A program made the translations under genes and the position numbers. Positions 49,043-58,567 of a stretch of DNA of 64,000 nt are shown here, piece by piece (the first letter of the stretch is position 1; the number at the start of each line of letters is the position of its first letter). The DNA lies in assembly GCA_963702025.1 (NCBI GenBank), contig OY969699.1, positions 512,001-576,000 of the forward strand, read 5' to 3'. The notes under the pieces are model-generated. The model was given only the letters and a program-made list of their open reading frames with translations, searched no databases and had not been told where the DNA came from. Source of the DNA: an uncultured bacterium. Its GTDB lineage: Bacteria; Babelota; Babeliae; Babelales; Vermiphilaceae.

Positions 49043-51046
49043 ATGTTACATGGATTAAAAAAATTTCTTGAATATAAAGCATATAAAATGCGGCTTGAAT
49101 CATTGCAAATGACCACCAAGGCCGGATCGGGGCATCCAACATCGGCGCTTTCATGTGCTGATATCGTTGCGGCGCTCTTTTTTTATGCGATGCGATTTGA
49201 TCCGGATAATTTTAACAATCCCAATAATGACCATTTTATTCTTTCAAAAGGGCATGCATCGCCCGTTTTATATGCTGCATGGAAAGAGTTGGGTAAAATC
49301 ACCGAACAAGAATTGATGACATACCGGCAGTTTGGTTCTCGGCTTGAAGGACACGCAACATTGCGCTTTGCGTATGCGGAGGCGGCAACCGGCTCATTGG
49401 GGATGGGACTTTCTATCGGCGCAGGCATGGCGCTTGCCGGACGGCTAGATGAGCGGGATTTTTATACGTATGTTTTGATGGGCGATAGTGAAATTACCGA
49501 AGGATCTATTTGGGAAGCTGCTGAAATCGCTGCCTATTATAAAATGTCACGGTTGGTTGGCATTGTTGATTGCAATCGCCTGGGACAAAGCACACAGACT
49601 ATTCATGGCTATCACGCGCAACGGTATGCACAAAAATTTGAAGCATTTGGTTGGAAAGCATTGGTGATAGATGGCCATGATATGCAGCAAATTGTGGGCG
49701 CATTGGATAAAGCGCGCAATAGCCAGGAGCATCCTACGGTGATTATTGCCAAAACAATAAAAGGATATGGCGTTGATCGTGTTGAAAATAAAGAAGGATT
49801 TCATGGCAAAGCATTTAGCCCAAAAGAATTAGAGGAAATTTTGCCCGCTTTTGAGCAACGCTTTGCGGCAGTTGCCAATAATGGGCTCTCCTACCAATGG
49901 GCGCCGAATTTGCCACCTTATGATAATAACCGTTCGAATCCTTCGACGAGCTCAGGACGAACGGTGAGGGGAAGTGACAATAAGTCCGCTCGTGGTGACC
50001 CTTCGGCTTTCGCCTCAGGAGTAAACGCCCAGCCTGGCCGCCGAAGCCTTGGCGAAGGCTGGCTCGAACCATTCGAGCACATATTATCCATTAAGGAATC
50101 GCACTACAAAAAAGGTGAAGAAATTCCCACGCGCAAAGCATACGGCCAATCACTCACACAACTAGGAGCGGCCAGCAAAGAAGTGGTAAGTTTGGATGCG
50201 GAAGTAAAAAATTCTACGTTCGCCGATATATTTGAAGCAAAATACCCTGAACGATTTTTTCAGTGTTTTGTTGCTGAGCAAAATATGGTGGGCATGGGAA
50301 TTGGCTTTGCGCGGCGCCATAAAATACCATTTATTTCTACCTTTGCTTGTTTTTTTTCACGCGCACATGACCAAATTCGTATGGGTGCGATCGGCATGAG
50401 CCCGTTGCGGTTGGTGGGTTCCCATGCAGGAGTATCAATTGGCCAAGATGGGCCATCACAAATGGGATTGGAAGATATTGCCATTATGCGCGCATTGCCC
50501 GAATCGATTGTGCTCTATCCCAGTGATGCGGCTAGCACTCACGCATTGGTTGAACAAATGGCAAATTATCATCAAGGAATTTCATATTTGCGCACCACAC
50601 GAGGCCCAACGCCGGTTATTTATAATAATGATGAGAAATTTCCTGTCGGCGGATGCAAAGTACTAAAATCAAGCGGTGCGGATAAAGCACTCATTGTTGC
50701 TGCCGGCATCACGTTGCATGAAGCACTCAAAGCATACGATATGTTACTTGCAGATGGAATCACCGTCGCCGTGATTGATTTATATAGCATTAAACCGCTT
50801 GATGCCAAAACGCTTGAACAAGTTGCCACGCAATCGGGCGATCGCATTATTACCGCTGAAGATCATTATATTCAAGGAGGATTGGGCGAATCGGTTGTTT
50901 ATGCTTTGCGTAATACTGCCATCGAGATTCATTGCCTTGCCGTGACACAATTGCCCATGTCCGGAAAACCTGATGAGTTGCTTGCGTGGGCAGGCATAGA
51001 TGCGGCTGCGATGGTGAAAAAAGTAAAAAGTTTGATCAAAAAATAA
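49043..51046 (+). CDS. tkt: Transketolase with in-frame repeat-derived insertion
   Basis: SGHP, SKGH, GSLGMG, GDSE..EG, AEQNM, GQDGPSQ motifs; ~47-aa extra segment in the linker. Confidence 0.95.
   Translation: MLHGLKKFLEYKAYKMRLESLQMTTKAGSGHPTSALSCADIVAALFFYAMRFDPDNFNNPNNDHFILSKGHASPVLYAAWKELGKITEQELMTYRQFGSRLEGHATLRFAYAEAATGSLGMGLSIGAGMALAGRLDERDFYTYVLMGDSEITEGSIWEAAEIAAYYKMSRLVGIVDCNRLGQSTQTIHGYHAQRYAQKFEAFGWKALVIDGHDMQQIVGALDKARNSQEHPTVIIAKTIKGYGVDRVENKEGFHGKAFSPKELEEILPAFEQRFAAVANNGLSYQWAPNLPPYDNNRSNPSTSSGRTVRGSDNKSARGDPSAFASGVNAQPGRRSLGEGWLEPFEHILSIKESHYKKGEEIPTRKAYGQSLTQLGAASKEVVSLDAEVKNSTFADIFEAKYPERFFQCFVAEQNMVGMGIGFARRHKIPFISTFACFFSRAHDQIRMGAIGMSPLRLVGSHAGVSIGQDGPSQMGLEDIAIMRALPESIVLYPSDAASTHALVEQMANYHQGISYLRTTRGPTPVIYNNDEKFPVGGCKVLKSSGADKALIVAAGITLHEALKAYDMLLADGITVAVIDLYSIKPLDAKTLEQVATQSGDRIITAEDHYIQGGLGESVVYALRNTAIEIHCLAVTQLPMSGKPDELLAWAGIDAAAMVKKVKSLIKK
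49930..50071 (+). repeat. Composite palindromic element inside the tkt coding sequence
   Basis: ccgttcgaatccttcgacgagctcaggacgaacgg..ccgctcgtggtgaccc..ctcaggagtaaacgcccagcctggccgccgaagccttggcgaaggctggctcgaacca. Confidence 0.9.
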
Positions 51047-51111
51047 TTTACTGCAGTTCACATTAATGATACGATTGGCTCAATTAATGGAACTTTTTCC
51101 AAAGGAGTATT

Positions 51112-51432
51112 ATGCAAATAAAAAAGTTATTTTTAGGACTTGGATTAATAGCAGCGTCTGCATTTGCTATGCAAGATGAAAAAATGAGAGAAATTGTTGA
51201 AATACACTACTTGACCCTGTGTCATGAACATCCGAGCCGTGTGCCAGGCAATGATGAAGAGGTTCATGATATTATTAAGCGATTTAAAGGTGAAGCGGGG
51301 CAAAAATATGTCTGGGGATTATCTGCTACGTTTAAGACACTTCAAGATGCCAAAGATGCGGTGCGCGAATTGAATGCACTGGAACATATCCTTGCGCGGG
51401 CCCATTGGCTCTATCCAAATTTATTTGAATAA
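51112..51432 (+). CDS. Small secreted protein
   Basis: AAGGAG RBS, signal peptide ..AFAMQD. Confidence 0.65.
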   Translation: MQIKKLFLGLGLIAASAFAMQDEKMREIVEIHYLTLCHEHPSRVPGNDEEVHDIIKRFKGEAGQKYVWGLSATFKTLQDAKDAVRELNALEHILARAHWLYPNLFE

Positions 51433-51484
51433 TGGAACAAGCACAAAGCTTTTTTTGTAAAATAACAGTGCTGTTTTGGTGATA

Positions 51485-52432
51485 TTAGTTTTTAACGGAA
51501 GTACATTTATTAGTGTTTTTTGTATTAATGCACAAACATTTGTTGCGGCAATCCCAATCAGTCGCTTTTGCAGATGAATGCCATGATTCAATCTCGGCAA
51601 GAATCTGAGGAATTTGTGCAAGAAACTCAAGTTGCACAAATTCAATATGCATCAATGAGCGATCATTCTTCTTGATTGCAACTTGTTCTATTTTTTTATC
51701 ATGTGGAAAAAAGCGTTCTGAAAAAAGTGGCACATGCTGCGTGCTATCTTCTTTTTGTAAGCCTTGCGGATCAACCACTTGCATTACATCAAGGATGGAA
51801 TAGAGCGAATAGACTTTACCAAATAATGGTGCGCTCGCGTATTCCATCGTTTGTGTTTGCACCGGGCAGGCGAGTAAAATAAGATCTTTGATAAAAAAAG
51901 ATGTATCGGCGGGATCTTTCACTTTTTCAAGCAAGAGCGCAATGTTGCCGCCATGGCTATGTGAGATTATGCGAATTTCCGGTTCATGGCCATAGGATGC
52001 TACATATTCGAGACGCAGCAGTTTTAATTCATCGTAAAACTTACGTGCGGCAATCTCTCGTTCTTTAAAAGAGAGCATTCCCGACCAACCAAATAAATAA
52101 AATGTTTGCGCTGGAAATAAATAAGGATCATTGGTGCTTAACGTGGCAGCAATTTTATGAAGGTGAAATTTTGGATCTATCGTTGCGTAGTGATGGAGGC
52201 CCGGCTTGCTATAGAAGAATTTTTGAAACATGCCTTTTGGCAGCAGGCGAGTACCATGGATCCAGACGGTAATTGGTGGGTCTTTTGCAAGAGGGCGTGC
52301 AGTGTCGATTGAGGTTGTGATAGGCACAGTTTTTTTAAGGGTGACTCGTTTTATCAAAGGTTTTTGGGATATTTGCATACACCCGGGTATAAACGATAGA
52401 ATAAGCCCAACAAAAGCGATCTTTTTAGTCAT
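51485..52432 (-). CDS. Lipoprotein, alpha/beta hydrolase-like
   Basis: IPGC lipobox, IHG, WSG, SHSHGG motifs. Confidence 0.75.
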   Translation of the reverse strand: MTKKIAFVGLILSFIPGCMQISQKPLIKRVTLKKTVPITTSIDTARPLAKDPPITVWIHGTRLLPKGMFQKFFYSKPGLHHYATIDPKFHLHKIAATLSTNDPYLFPAQTFYLFGWSGMLSFKEREIAARKFYDELKLLRLEYVASYGHEPEIRIISHSHGGNIALLLEKVKDPADTSFFIKDLILLACPVQTQTMEYASAPLFGKVYSLYSILDVMQVVDPQGLQKEDSTQHVPLFSERFFPHDKKIEQVAIKKNDRSLMHIEFVQLEFLAQIPQILAEIESWHSSAKATDWDCRNKCLCINTKNTNKCTSVKN

Positions 52433-52499
52433 GATTGTAGTCCCCCTGCTATTATTTTAAGTCTAGCAAGGAAACGTGGTAATGCAAAGATATGGACAT

Positions 52500-52593
52500 T
52501 ACACATCCTGAGTAAAAAATCGAAGATTTTTGTATCGAAGGATATTTGAACATGGTTCGATATAGCCCCTTCGGGGCTTACTCACCATGTGTA
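52500..52593. repeat. Palindromic element pair (diverged)
   Basis: tacacatcctgagt..gtatcgaagga inverted against tggttcgatat..actcaccatgtgta. Confidence 0.75.
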
Positions 52594-52597
52594 CCCT

Positions 52598-53065
52598 TTA
52601 ACTGTCTAGCTCTGCTCTGCTAAAAATATCGCCGACCTGGCGAATAAATCCGCCATTATCAACATAGCCTTCAAAGCGATCACTTTGTTCCTCTTTGCCA
52701 CTGTGCATGTGGTAAACGGGAACTTTCTTTTTGTCTCTAAAATAGATAAAGGTTGGGTAACTAGTTATATTAAATTCTTTATGAAGGCCTTTTCCTTGCA
52801 CCACGCTCACCTTTATAAATTTTACATGAGGTAGTGCCTTGGCCGCATCTTCAAAAATATGTTTATTTTTGAATGCCCGGCACACAGGGCAGTCAGGATT
52901 ATAGAATTGAGCTACCACTAATTTATTGCCGGATAAGACAGTATCAAGCTCGGCAGGAGTAGCAACCTCTAGAATTGGGCTTTCAACAGCGGCATAGAGT
53001 AAGGTAGCAACTATTAGCGCTGCCGCTCCAATGCCGGTGCCGCGTAAAATTCGTATAATATTCAT
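52598..53065 (-). CDS. Exported/anchored thioredoxin
   Basis: DCPVC, YPT motifs; N-terminal hydrophobic helix; ATGA-coupled to ahpC. Confidence 0.82.
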   Translation of the reverse strand: MNIIRILRGTGIGAAALIVATLLYAAVESPILEVATPAELDTVLSGNKLVVAQFYNPDCPVCRAFKNKHIFEDAAKALPHVKFIKVSVVQGKGLHKEFNITSYPTFIYFRDKKKVPVYHMHSGKEEQSDRFEGYVDNGGFIRQVGDIFSRAELDS

Positions 53066-53730
53066 TTGATTTCCTTTTCTTTAAGATACAACTGTAAGCC
53101 TTCTTGGGTTGGCGTAATGCCTTTTTGACCTTTTTCCCAATTGGCCGGGCACACTTGGCCATGTTCTTGTGTGAAAATTAGTGCATCAAGAGCACGCAAT
53201 ACTTCATTAATATCGCGGCCAATACTCGTATTGTAGACTGAAAGTGCTTGCACAATGTTATTGGCGTCAACGATAAATATGCCTCGTAGATCGATTCCTT
53301 TTTGCTCGTCCAGGGTAATATAAGAGCGAGCGATATTTTTAGTAACATCCGAGGCTATAGGATAAGTAATTCCTTTGATTCCTCCTTGATCGCGTGGCTT
53401 TTCTAGCCACGCAACGTGGGAATATATTTGGTCAACAGAAAACGCTATTAAAACAGTATTGCGTTTTTCAAATTCAGGTAGTTTTTCTTGGAATGCAAAA
53501 AGTTCTGTGGGGCAGATAAATGAGAAATCGGCAGGGTAGAAAATAAGTATTTTGTTTTTACCCTCAAAATCAGCTAAAGAAATCTCTTTAATTTCCCCAT
53601 TTACCACTGCTTCTGCTTTAAAATCAGGTGCCTTCTTGCCTACCAAACTGGTACATTCAACTGCATTAATAAAAGCAGTAGAAAACCCTAGACATAGCAC
53701 AATGAGCATGATTTTTGAGTAATGCTTCAT
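53062..53730 (-). CDS. ahpC: 2-Cys peroxiredoxin with signal peptide
   Basis: FYPADFSFICPTE, RGIF, GR, VCPANW motifs. Confidence 0.92.
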   Translation of the reverse strand: MKHYSKIMLIVLCLGFSTAFINAVECTSLVGKKAPDFKAEAVVNGEIKEISLADFEGKNKILIFYPADFSFICPTELFAFQEKLPEFEKRNTVLIAFSVDQIYSHVAWLEKPRDQGGIKGITYPIASDVTKNIARSYITLDEQKGIDLRGIFIVDANNIVQALSVYNTSIGRDINEVLRALDALIFTQEHGQVCPANWEKGQKGITPTQEGLQLYLKEKEIK

Positions 53731-53930
53731 TACTCTCTCCTTCGTTTTAAAAAAGACCTTTAAAAGGGTCTTTTATACTTATTAATAGTTTACTATTTGT
53801 AATGTTATTAAGGCAATAGATTGAAAAAATGGCGTATTTATAAGGTTTTTTAAGCAATCGAAGCTGTTTTATTTTATTTACAAGCTGAAATGTAATATGA
53901 TAGGCTAAAGATAAATAAGGAGAGATTCTC

Positions 53931-54779
53931 ATGAAATCAATTTGGAAGGGCACTATTTCATTCGGTTTGGTTAGCATCCCTGTTCGTATCTATTCGGCAA
54001 TTCAAGAGCATGTGATTGGATTTAAACTGCTCTGTAAAAAATGTCATACGCCGATAGTTTATGAACGGTGGTGCAAAAAGTGTAACAAAGAAGTTGCCTG
54101 GGCCGATATTGTTAAGGGCCTTAAGCTTGAAGATGGTTCATATTTTATTCTTACCCAAGAAAAATTAAAAGAATTAAAACCGGAAACCACGGATCGTATT
54201 GATATTGTTGAGTTTGTGCAAGCGGATCAAATTAAGCCGATTTACTTAGAGCATCACTATTATCTTGGGCCCGAAGATGAAAATGAGAAAGCCTTTTTCT
54301 TGTTCAAGCAGGCGTTGGCACAATCGAATAAAGTAGCGATTGGCAATTTTGTGATGCGTGATAAAGAATATGTCTGTGTGATTAATCCGTATGAAAACAC
54401 CATGTTGCTCACCACGCTTAATTATGCCTATGAAATTCGACCGCTTGAAGAAGTTCCACAATTGCCCAAAAAAGCAATGGAACTCAATGCGTCTGAGTTA
54501 AAACTTGCTGATCAATTAATTGACCGGTTAACTGTAAAAAAATTTAATCTTGCTCAATTTAAAGATACCTTTGCCGAACAATTAAAAGCAGCAATCAAAA
54601 AAGGCAAAAAGGAAAAAATCAAAGAGAAACCCAAAGAAAGAGCTGTTGCAGCCAAGAAAAAGAAGGGTGAAAGCTCTATTATGACTGCATTGCGTGCGAG
54701 CTTGCAGGCGCCAGGCAAGAAAAGCGAAGTTGCTCATGCCAAGGGTTCGACACGTAAAAAACTGCCAAAAAGAGCTTAA
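53931..54779 (+). CDS. ku: Ku NHEJ DNA end-binding protein
   Basis: WKGTISFGLVSIPV, YYLGP, basic C-tail, IMTALRASL. Confidence 0.95.
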   Translation: MKSIWKGTISFGLVSIPVRIYSAIQEHVIGFKLLCKKCHTPIVYERWCKKCNKEVAWADIVKGLKLEDGSYFILTQEKLKELKPETTDRIDIVEFVQADQIKPIYLEHHYYLGPEDENEKAFFLFKQALAQSNKVAIGNFVMRDKEYVCVINPYENTMLLTTLNYAYEIRPLEEVPQLPKKAMELNASELKLADQLIDRLTVKKFNLAQFKDTFAEQLKAAIKKGKKEKIKEKPKERAVAAKKKKGESSIMTALRASLQAPGKKSEVAHAKGSTRKKLPKRA

Positions 54780-54876
54780 AACAGCTTAATTCTTATAAAC
54801 GCCTCCTTGACAAATAAATTCCTACCTGTAATATATTGTTTATAAGCATTTCAGGTTCAAGGTCATGAGGAGGTTT

Positions 54877-56217
54877 ATGAATATTATATTAAAGCGAGTG
54901 CAAAAGGGGCTATTTATAGCTCTTTTAGCTATTTTTCCAGCTTTTGCTATGCACCAATTGCCTCAGAAGCTGGAGGCCTATTTTGACCTCTTGCCTGTTG
55001 ATCTGCGAATAGAGTTGTGCTCGTATCTTGCTCAAACACCCACAAATCCTAGAGAAAATCAATCATTTCAGCTTGCATCGGCGGCATCAACATTGAGTGA
55101 TTTTTTAAAACTTCCAAGTAATGCCAATCTCTTGAATAACAAAGAATTAACCAAAAAACTTATACAAGAACTTGCTGATCGCTATACCAAAGATCCTATC
55201 GAGGCGGCATTATTTTTAAATACTCCTGAATCAACGCTTTTTTTAGTAAACCGTCTCGGTTTTAATTGGAACGTATCAAGCAAAATTTTAGATATAGTAC
55301 CTCATCTAGAAGGAACTACCCTTAAAAAAGCAGTTGGATTAGCTAAGCATTGCAAGAAAATGCTTGATTTGCCGATAGCATTGAACTACGGGTGGCATGG
55401 TGCACATGATATAAATTATACTATAGATTATTTGGCAGCAGGTTTAGCAGTGGATTTTGATCAAAAAGAAATGATAGGCTATTTAAAATCGTATTATTAC
55501 TCTAATGTGATGAAATACCCAGATGATTGGGGAAGAAAATTTAAATACGAGCTCCAGGCCGCGGCATTACTTGGCGAATACGGGATCGGATGGCTGAAAA
55601 GAAAATTGGAACTGTTTAAAAAAGAAATCGAACTAGATCCCAAGGCACATTCTTATTTTGGTGAAAGGCTTGTCGATCCAATTATTTGTTTGCTAGTAGA
55701 TAATCCACATGACATATCAAAATTTTTAATTGAATCGATTGATACAAAATATTGGCGAATATTATTAGAAGTCGATGCTCGATATTCGAAAGGAAAACTT
55801 GCACAAGCAAGCTTAAAAGCGATGGTATTATATCAGAATAATCCTGAATTGCTTAAAGCAATTATTGATATGCTTCCTGATAAGCATAACGTTAATTGCG
55901 CTGAAATATTTTTAAACTATGTAAAAAAACATTCTATTATTGATTTGGCTTTATGGAAGGTCTTAGTAGCTGCTCCTAACATAGATTGCAATATTCAAGG
56001 TGAAGGAAAGACTCTTTTAATGCTTGCAATAGAACGTGGTAATAAAGATTTAGTAAAAATTATTCTGAGTAATCCATCACTAAATTTAGCTCGGTGTGAT
56101 GACAAAGGCCATAATGCGCTGTGGTATGCGCAGCAATTAACTATCAATAAATTTGAGATTATGGAAATCTTGAAAAAAGCTGGTGCGCATGAGAGGGAAG
56201 CATGCGACATCCAATAA
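54877..56217 (+). CDS. Secreted F-box-like + ankyrin protein ending in a CaaX-like motif
   Basis: Signal peptide ..AFAMHQ, YFDLLPVDL, GKTLLMLAI, GHNALWYA, terminal CDIQ. Confidence 0.8.
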   Translation: MNIILKRVQKGLFIALLAIFPAFAMHQLPQKLEAYFDLLPVDLRIELCSYLAQTPTNPRENQSFQLASAASTLSDFLKLPSNANLLNNKELTKKLIQELADRYTKDPIEAALFLNTPESTLFLVNRLGFNWNVSSKILDIVPHLEGTTLKKAVGLAKHCKKMLDLPIALNYGWHGAHDINYTIDYLAAGLAVDFDQKEMIGYLKSYYYSNVMKYPDDWGRKFKYELQAAALLGEYGIGWLKRKLELFKKEIELDPKAHSYFGERLVDPIICLLVDNPHDISKFLIESIDTKYWRILLEVDARYSKGKLAQASLKAMVLYQNNPELLKAIIDMLPDKHNVNCAEIFLNYVKKHSIIDLALWKVLVAAPNIDCNIQGEGKTLLMLAIERGNKDLVKIILSNPSLNLARCDDKGHNALWYAQQLTINKFEIMEILKKAGAHEREACDIQ

Positions 56218-56324
56218 CAATAGGATTTCTTACACTTATTTTTTATTTGTCACCAACGCTAGAATCAAATAGTATTAAATTACCTGCCAGCAATTTTGAG
56301 ATAAAAAAAGAAACCGGAGAAATA

Positions 56325-57227
56325 ATGAAGTTAAAACCAATGCTTGCCAAGTTCGGTACTCTTGCCGATCTTGAAAAGGAAGGGTATTTGTATGAACCTA
56401 AGCTCGATGGCATTCGTGCATTGTGCCATGTTGATAAAGGAATGAAATTTATCACGCGCAATGGATTGGATATAACCCATCAATTTCCTGAATTTGATTT
56501 TCGTAAACTTATTAATGCGCAAACATGCATATTAGATGGCGAAATTATTGCCCTTAATAAAAAGGGAAACCCGGATTTTAATCTTTTACAAAACCGCGCC
56601 AGCAACGATGTGGATGCAACCTTTGTAGTCTTTGATATTCTTTGGAAAAATGGTGTTTCATTGGTAAATAAGCCATTACATGAACGGAAAAAAATTCTTG
56701 ATACAACAATAAAACCAAAAGGGACGCTTGAAAAAATTGTCTCAGTTGATGATGGCAAAAAGTTGTGGAAACTTGTTCGCAAACATCAGCTTGAAGGGGT
56801 TGTTGCCAAGGAGATTAAAGGTATCTATCATCCGGGCAAGCGTACTAACTCTTGGATCAAAATTAAAGCAATTCATTCAGTTGATTGTGTTATTATTGGA
56901 TTTACGCAAGAAAAACGGCACGTTTCATCGTTGGCGCTCGGTCTTTATAAAGATCATCATCTGTATTATGTGGGCAAAGTGGGCACAGGATTTACTTCTG
57001 ATGACATTCACATGCTCTATCAAAAATTGCAAAAAATAACGGTAAAAACTCCTCATGTGATTAATGCTGGTGATGCTGCCAAAGATATTATTTGGGCCAA
57101 GCCAAAAATGGTCGCTGAAATTGAGTATCTTATGCTGACCAAAGATAAACGTTTGCGCGCACCGGTATATCTTCACTTGCGGCTTGATAAAGAGCCCGCG
57201 CAATGCACATTCACACAAATTAGCTGA
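56325..57227 (+). CDS. ligD: ATP-dependent DNA ligase (LigD ligase domain only)
   Basis: EPKLDGIR, DGEI, FDIL, EGVVAK, WIKIK, VGKVGTGF, LRAP...LR.DK motifs; GGAG RBS before ATG 56325. Confidence 0.9.
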   Translation: MKLKPMLAKFGTLADLEKEGYLYEPKLDGIRALCHVDKGMKFITRNGLDITHQFPEFDFRKLINAQTCILDGEIIALNKKGNPDFNLLQNRASNDVDATFVVFDILWKNGVSLVNKPLHERKKILDTTIKPKGTLEKIVSVDDGKKLWKLVRKHQLEGVVAKEIKGIYHPGKRTNSWIKIKAIHSVDCVIIGFTQEKRHVSSLALGLYKDHHLYYVGKVGTGFTSDDIHMLYQKLQKITVKTPHVINAGDAAKDIIWAKPKMVAEIEYLMLTKDKRLRAPVYLHLRLDKEPAQCTFTQIS

Positions 57228-57229
57228 AT

Positions 57230-58567
57230 TTACGGGGTCTTTAATTCTTGATTGACCATCTGCTTAATGGCATCAAGCAAATCCCGTTCGGATGCCGGAA
57301 CGGCAGTTTCTAATTGATCCTTAACTCTTTGCCACGTACTCTTTTTGGATCCGTCTTGCTGCAAGAGCCAATTAAGAAGCATTGTTATTGCATTTTTAGA
57401 TTTACCTGTGAGATTTCCCTGCAAAACTTGAAGGAAATCAATAATCGTTTGCTGATTCGATGTCCATTCCGGGTATGCGGTTACTGCTGGCGGTTGTGCG
57501 GCAGGATTTGAGGGTTGTACAGTTGTTTTTTTTCCGGTTAATTCATCTCGAATCACCATCAATGTTTTTCCTAGGTTGTTGCCGCCATTATAATCTGCCC
57601 CGGCTCCCCAATCAGCGTCATTTGCGCCCGCATCTTCAACCAATATTTTATCACCGGTTCCAATAAGCAGTTTCTTTAAGTTATCATCTTGGGTGAATTT
57701 TGCCCGCACCGCTTTTTTCATCACATCATATTTATTAACGTCCCAGTTGCGATCCTTATATTGCGCATTCTGGTTATCTCTGCCAATATCAAACGCTTCT
57801 CGGGGCGTTTGCGCTGCACGTATTTTATCTTGCAGCCACGGTGTGTTGGGATATTTTTGGGCCTGGAAATAATGTTCAGTGGTTGCCCATTTTTTGCCAT
57901 CAATTTCTACCGGCTTTGGCAGGGCATAATAATTAGTAAATTCATAGTAAGGAGCACCTTTTTGATAAAAATAAAGATGGTTTGCATAATTTGGCCCCCA
58001 TGTGCCACCCGTTTTGGTGGTTGACGGCGTGCTTGCTTGACGCGTTTTATTGAGTTGGGCAACTATATCGGGCAAATTGTGTCGTAAAAAATTATACAGG
58101 CCACCGGAAATACTAATTTCTTGGCCCCTATGCATTATTGGATTTTGATTAATGATATCGGAAGCTGGCACCCATATAAAATCATCTTTGATGCGATTCT
58201 TTGCTTGGCTGTACAGTTCTGATCCGGGCTTAAAGTGAACTTGCACAAAATGAAAGAAATCACCCGCATCACTTTTTTTAAATGGCACGCCAATAAAGCT
58301 GACGTCATAGACATTATTTGTTTGTTCAGCCAATGCCTTTTGCGCAACGTCATTAGCTTTCTGGCCGCTTGCAGCGTCTTGTGCAAAATCGCTCCAATAA
58401 CTGGTGCCCTTATTATGTGCCAGTAAAATGTTCCATTGATTGGAATTTCTATCAAATGCCATCGGAATGGCGCGACCTTGCCAACGGCGCTCCATACAAT
58501 TATTCGCGGTGATCAGTGCCAGAAAATTAAGAAAAATGAGAATATGAGATATCCGTTTTGAAATCAT
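57230..58567 (-). CDS. Secreted protein with NADAR (YbiA/DUF1768) domain and Nudix-like N-terminal domain
   Basis: FTNYY, WATTEHYFQAQK, AKFTQ, LVE...D..WG, GGNNLG..LM.IR motifs. Confidence 0.85.
   Translation of the reverse strand: MISKRISHILIFLNFLALITANNCMERRWQGRAIPMAFDRNSNQWNILLAHNKGTSYWSDFAQDAASGQKANDVAQKALAEQTNNVYDVSFIGVPFKKSDAGDFFHFVQVHFKPGSELYSQAKNRIKDDFIWVPASDIINQNPIMHRGQEISISGGLYNFLRHNLPDIVAQLNKTRQASTPSTTKTGGTWGPNYANHLYFYQKGAPYYEFTNYYALPKPVEIDGKKWATTEHYFQAQKYPNTPWLQDKIRAAQTPREAFDIGRDNQNAQYKDRNWDVNKYDVMKKAVRAKFTQDDNLKKLLIGTGDKILVEDAGANDADWGAGADYNGGNNLGKTLMVIRDELTGKKTTVQPSNPAAQPPAVTAYPEWTSNQQTIIDFLQVLQGNLTGKSKNAITMLLNWLLQQDGSKKSTWQRVKDQLETAVPASERDLLDAIKQMVNQELKTP

Noticed and set aside
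49930..50071. tkt insertion as an intein or self-splicing intron
   Set aside because: Too short, no intein terminal residues or intron cores; the sequence matches the intergenic repeat.
12811..52593. Repeats as a CRISPR array or integron attC sites
   Set aside because: Copies are dispersed and variable with no regular spacers; no cas genes or integrase, and no RYYYAAC/GTTRRRY ends.
56202..56324. Signal-like N-terminal extension on the DNA ligase
   Set aside because: It overlaps the ankyrin gene; the GGAG RBS points to ATG 56325.
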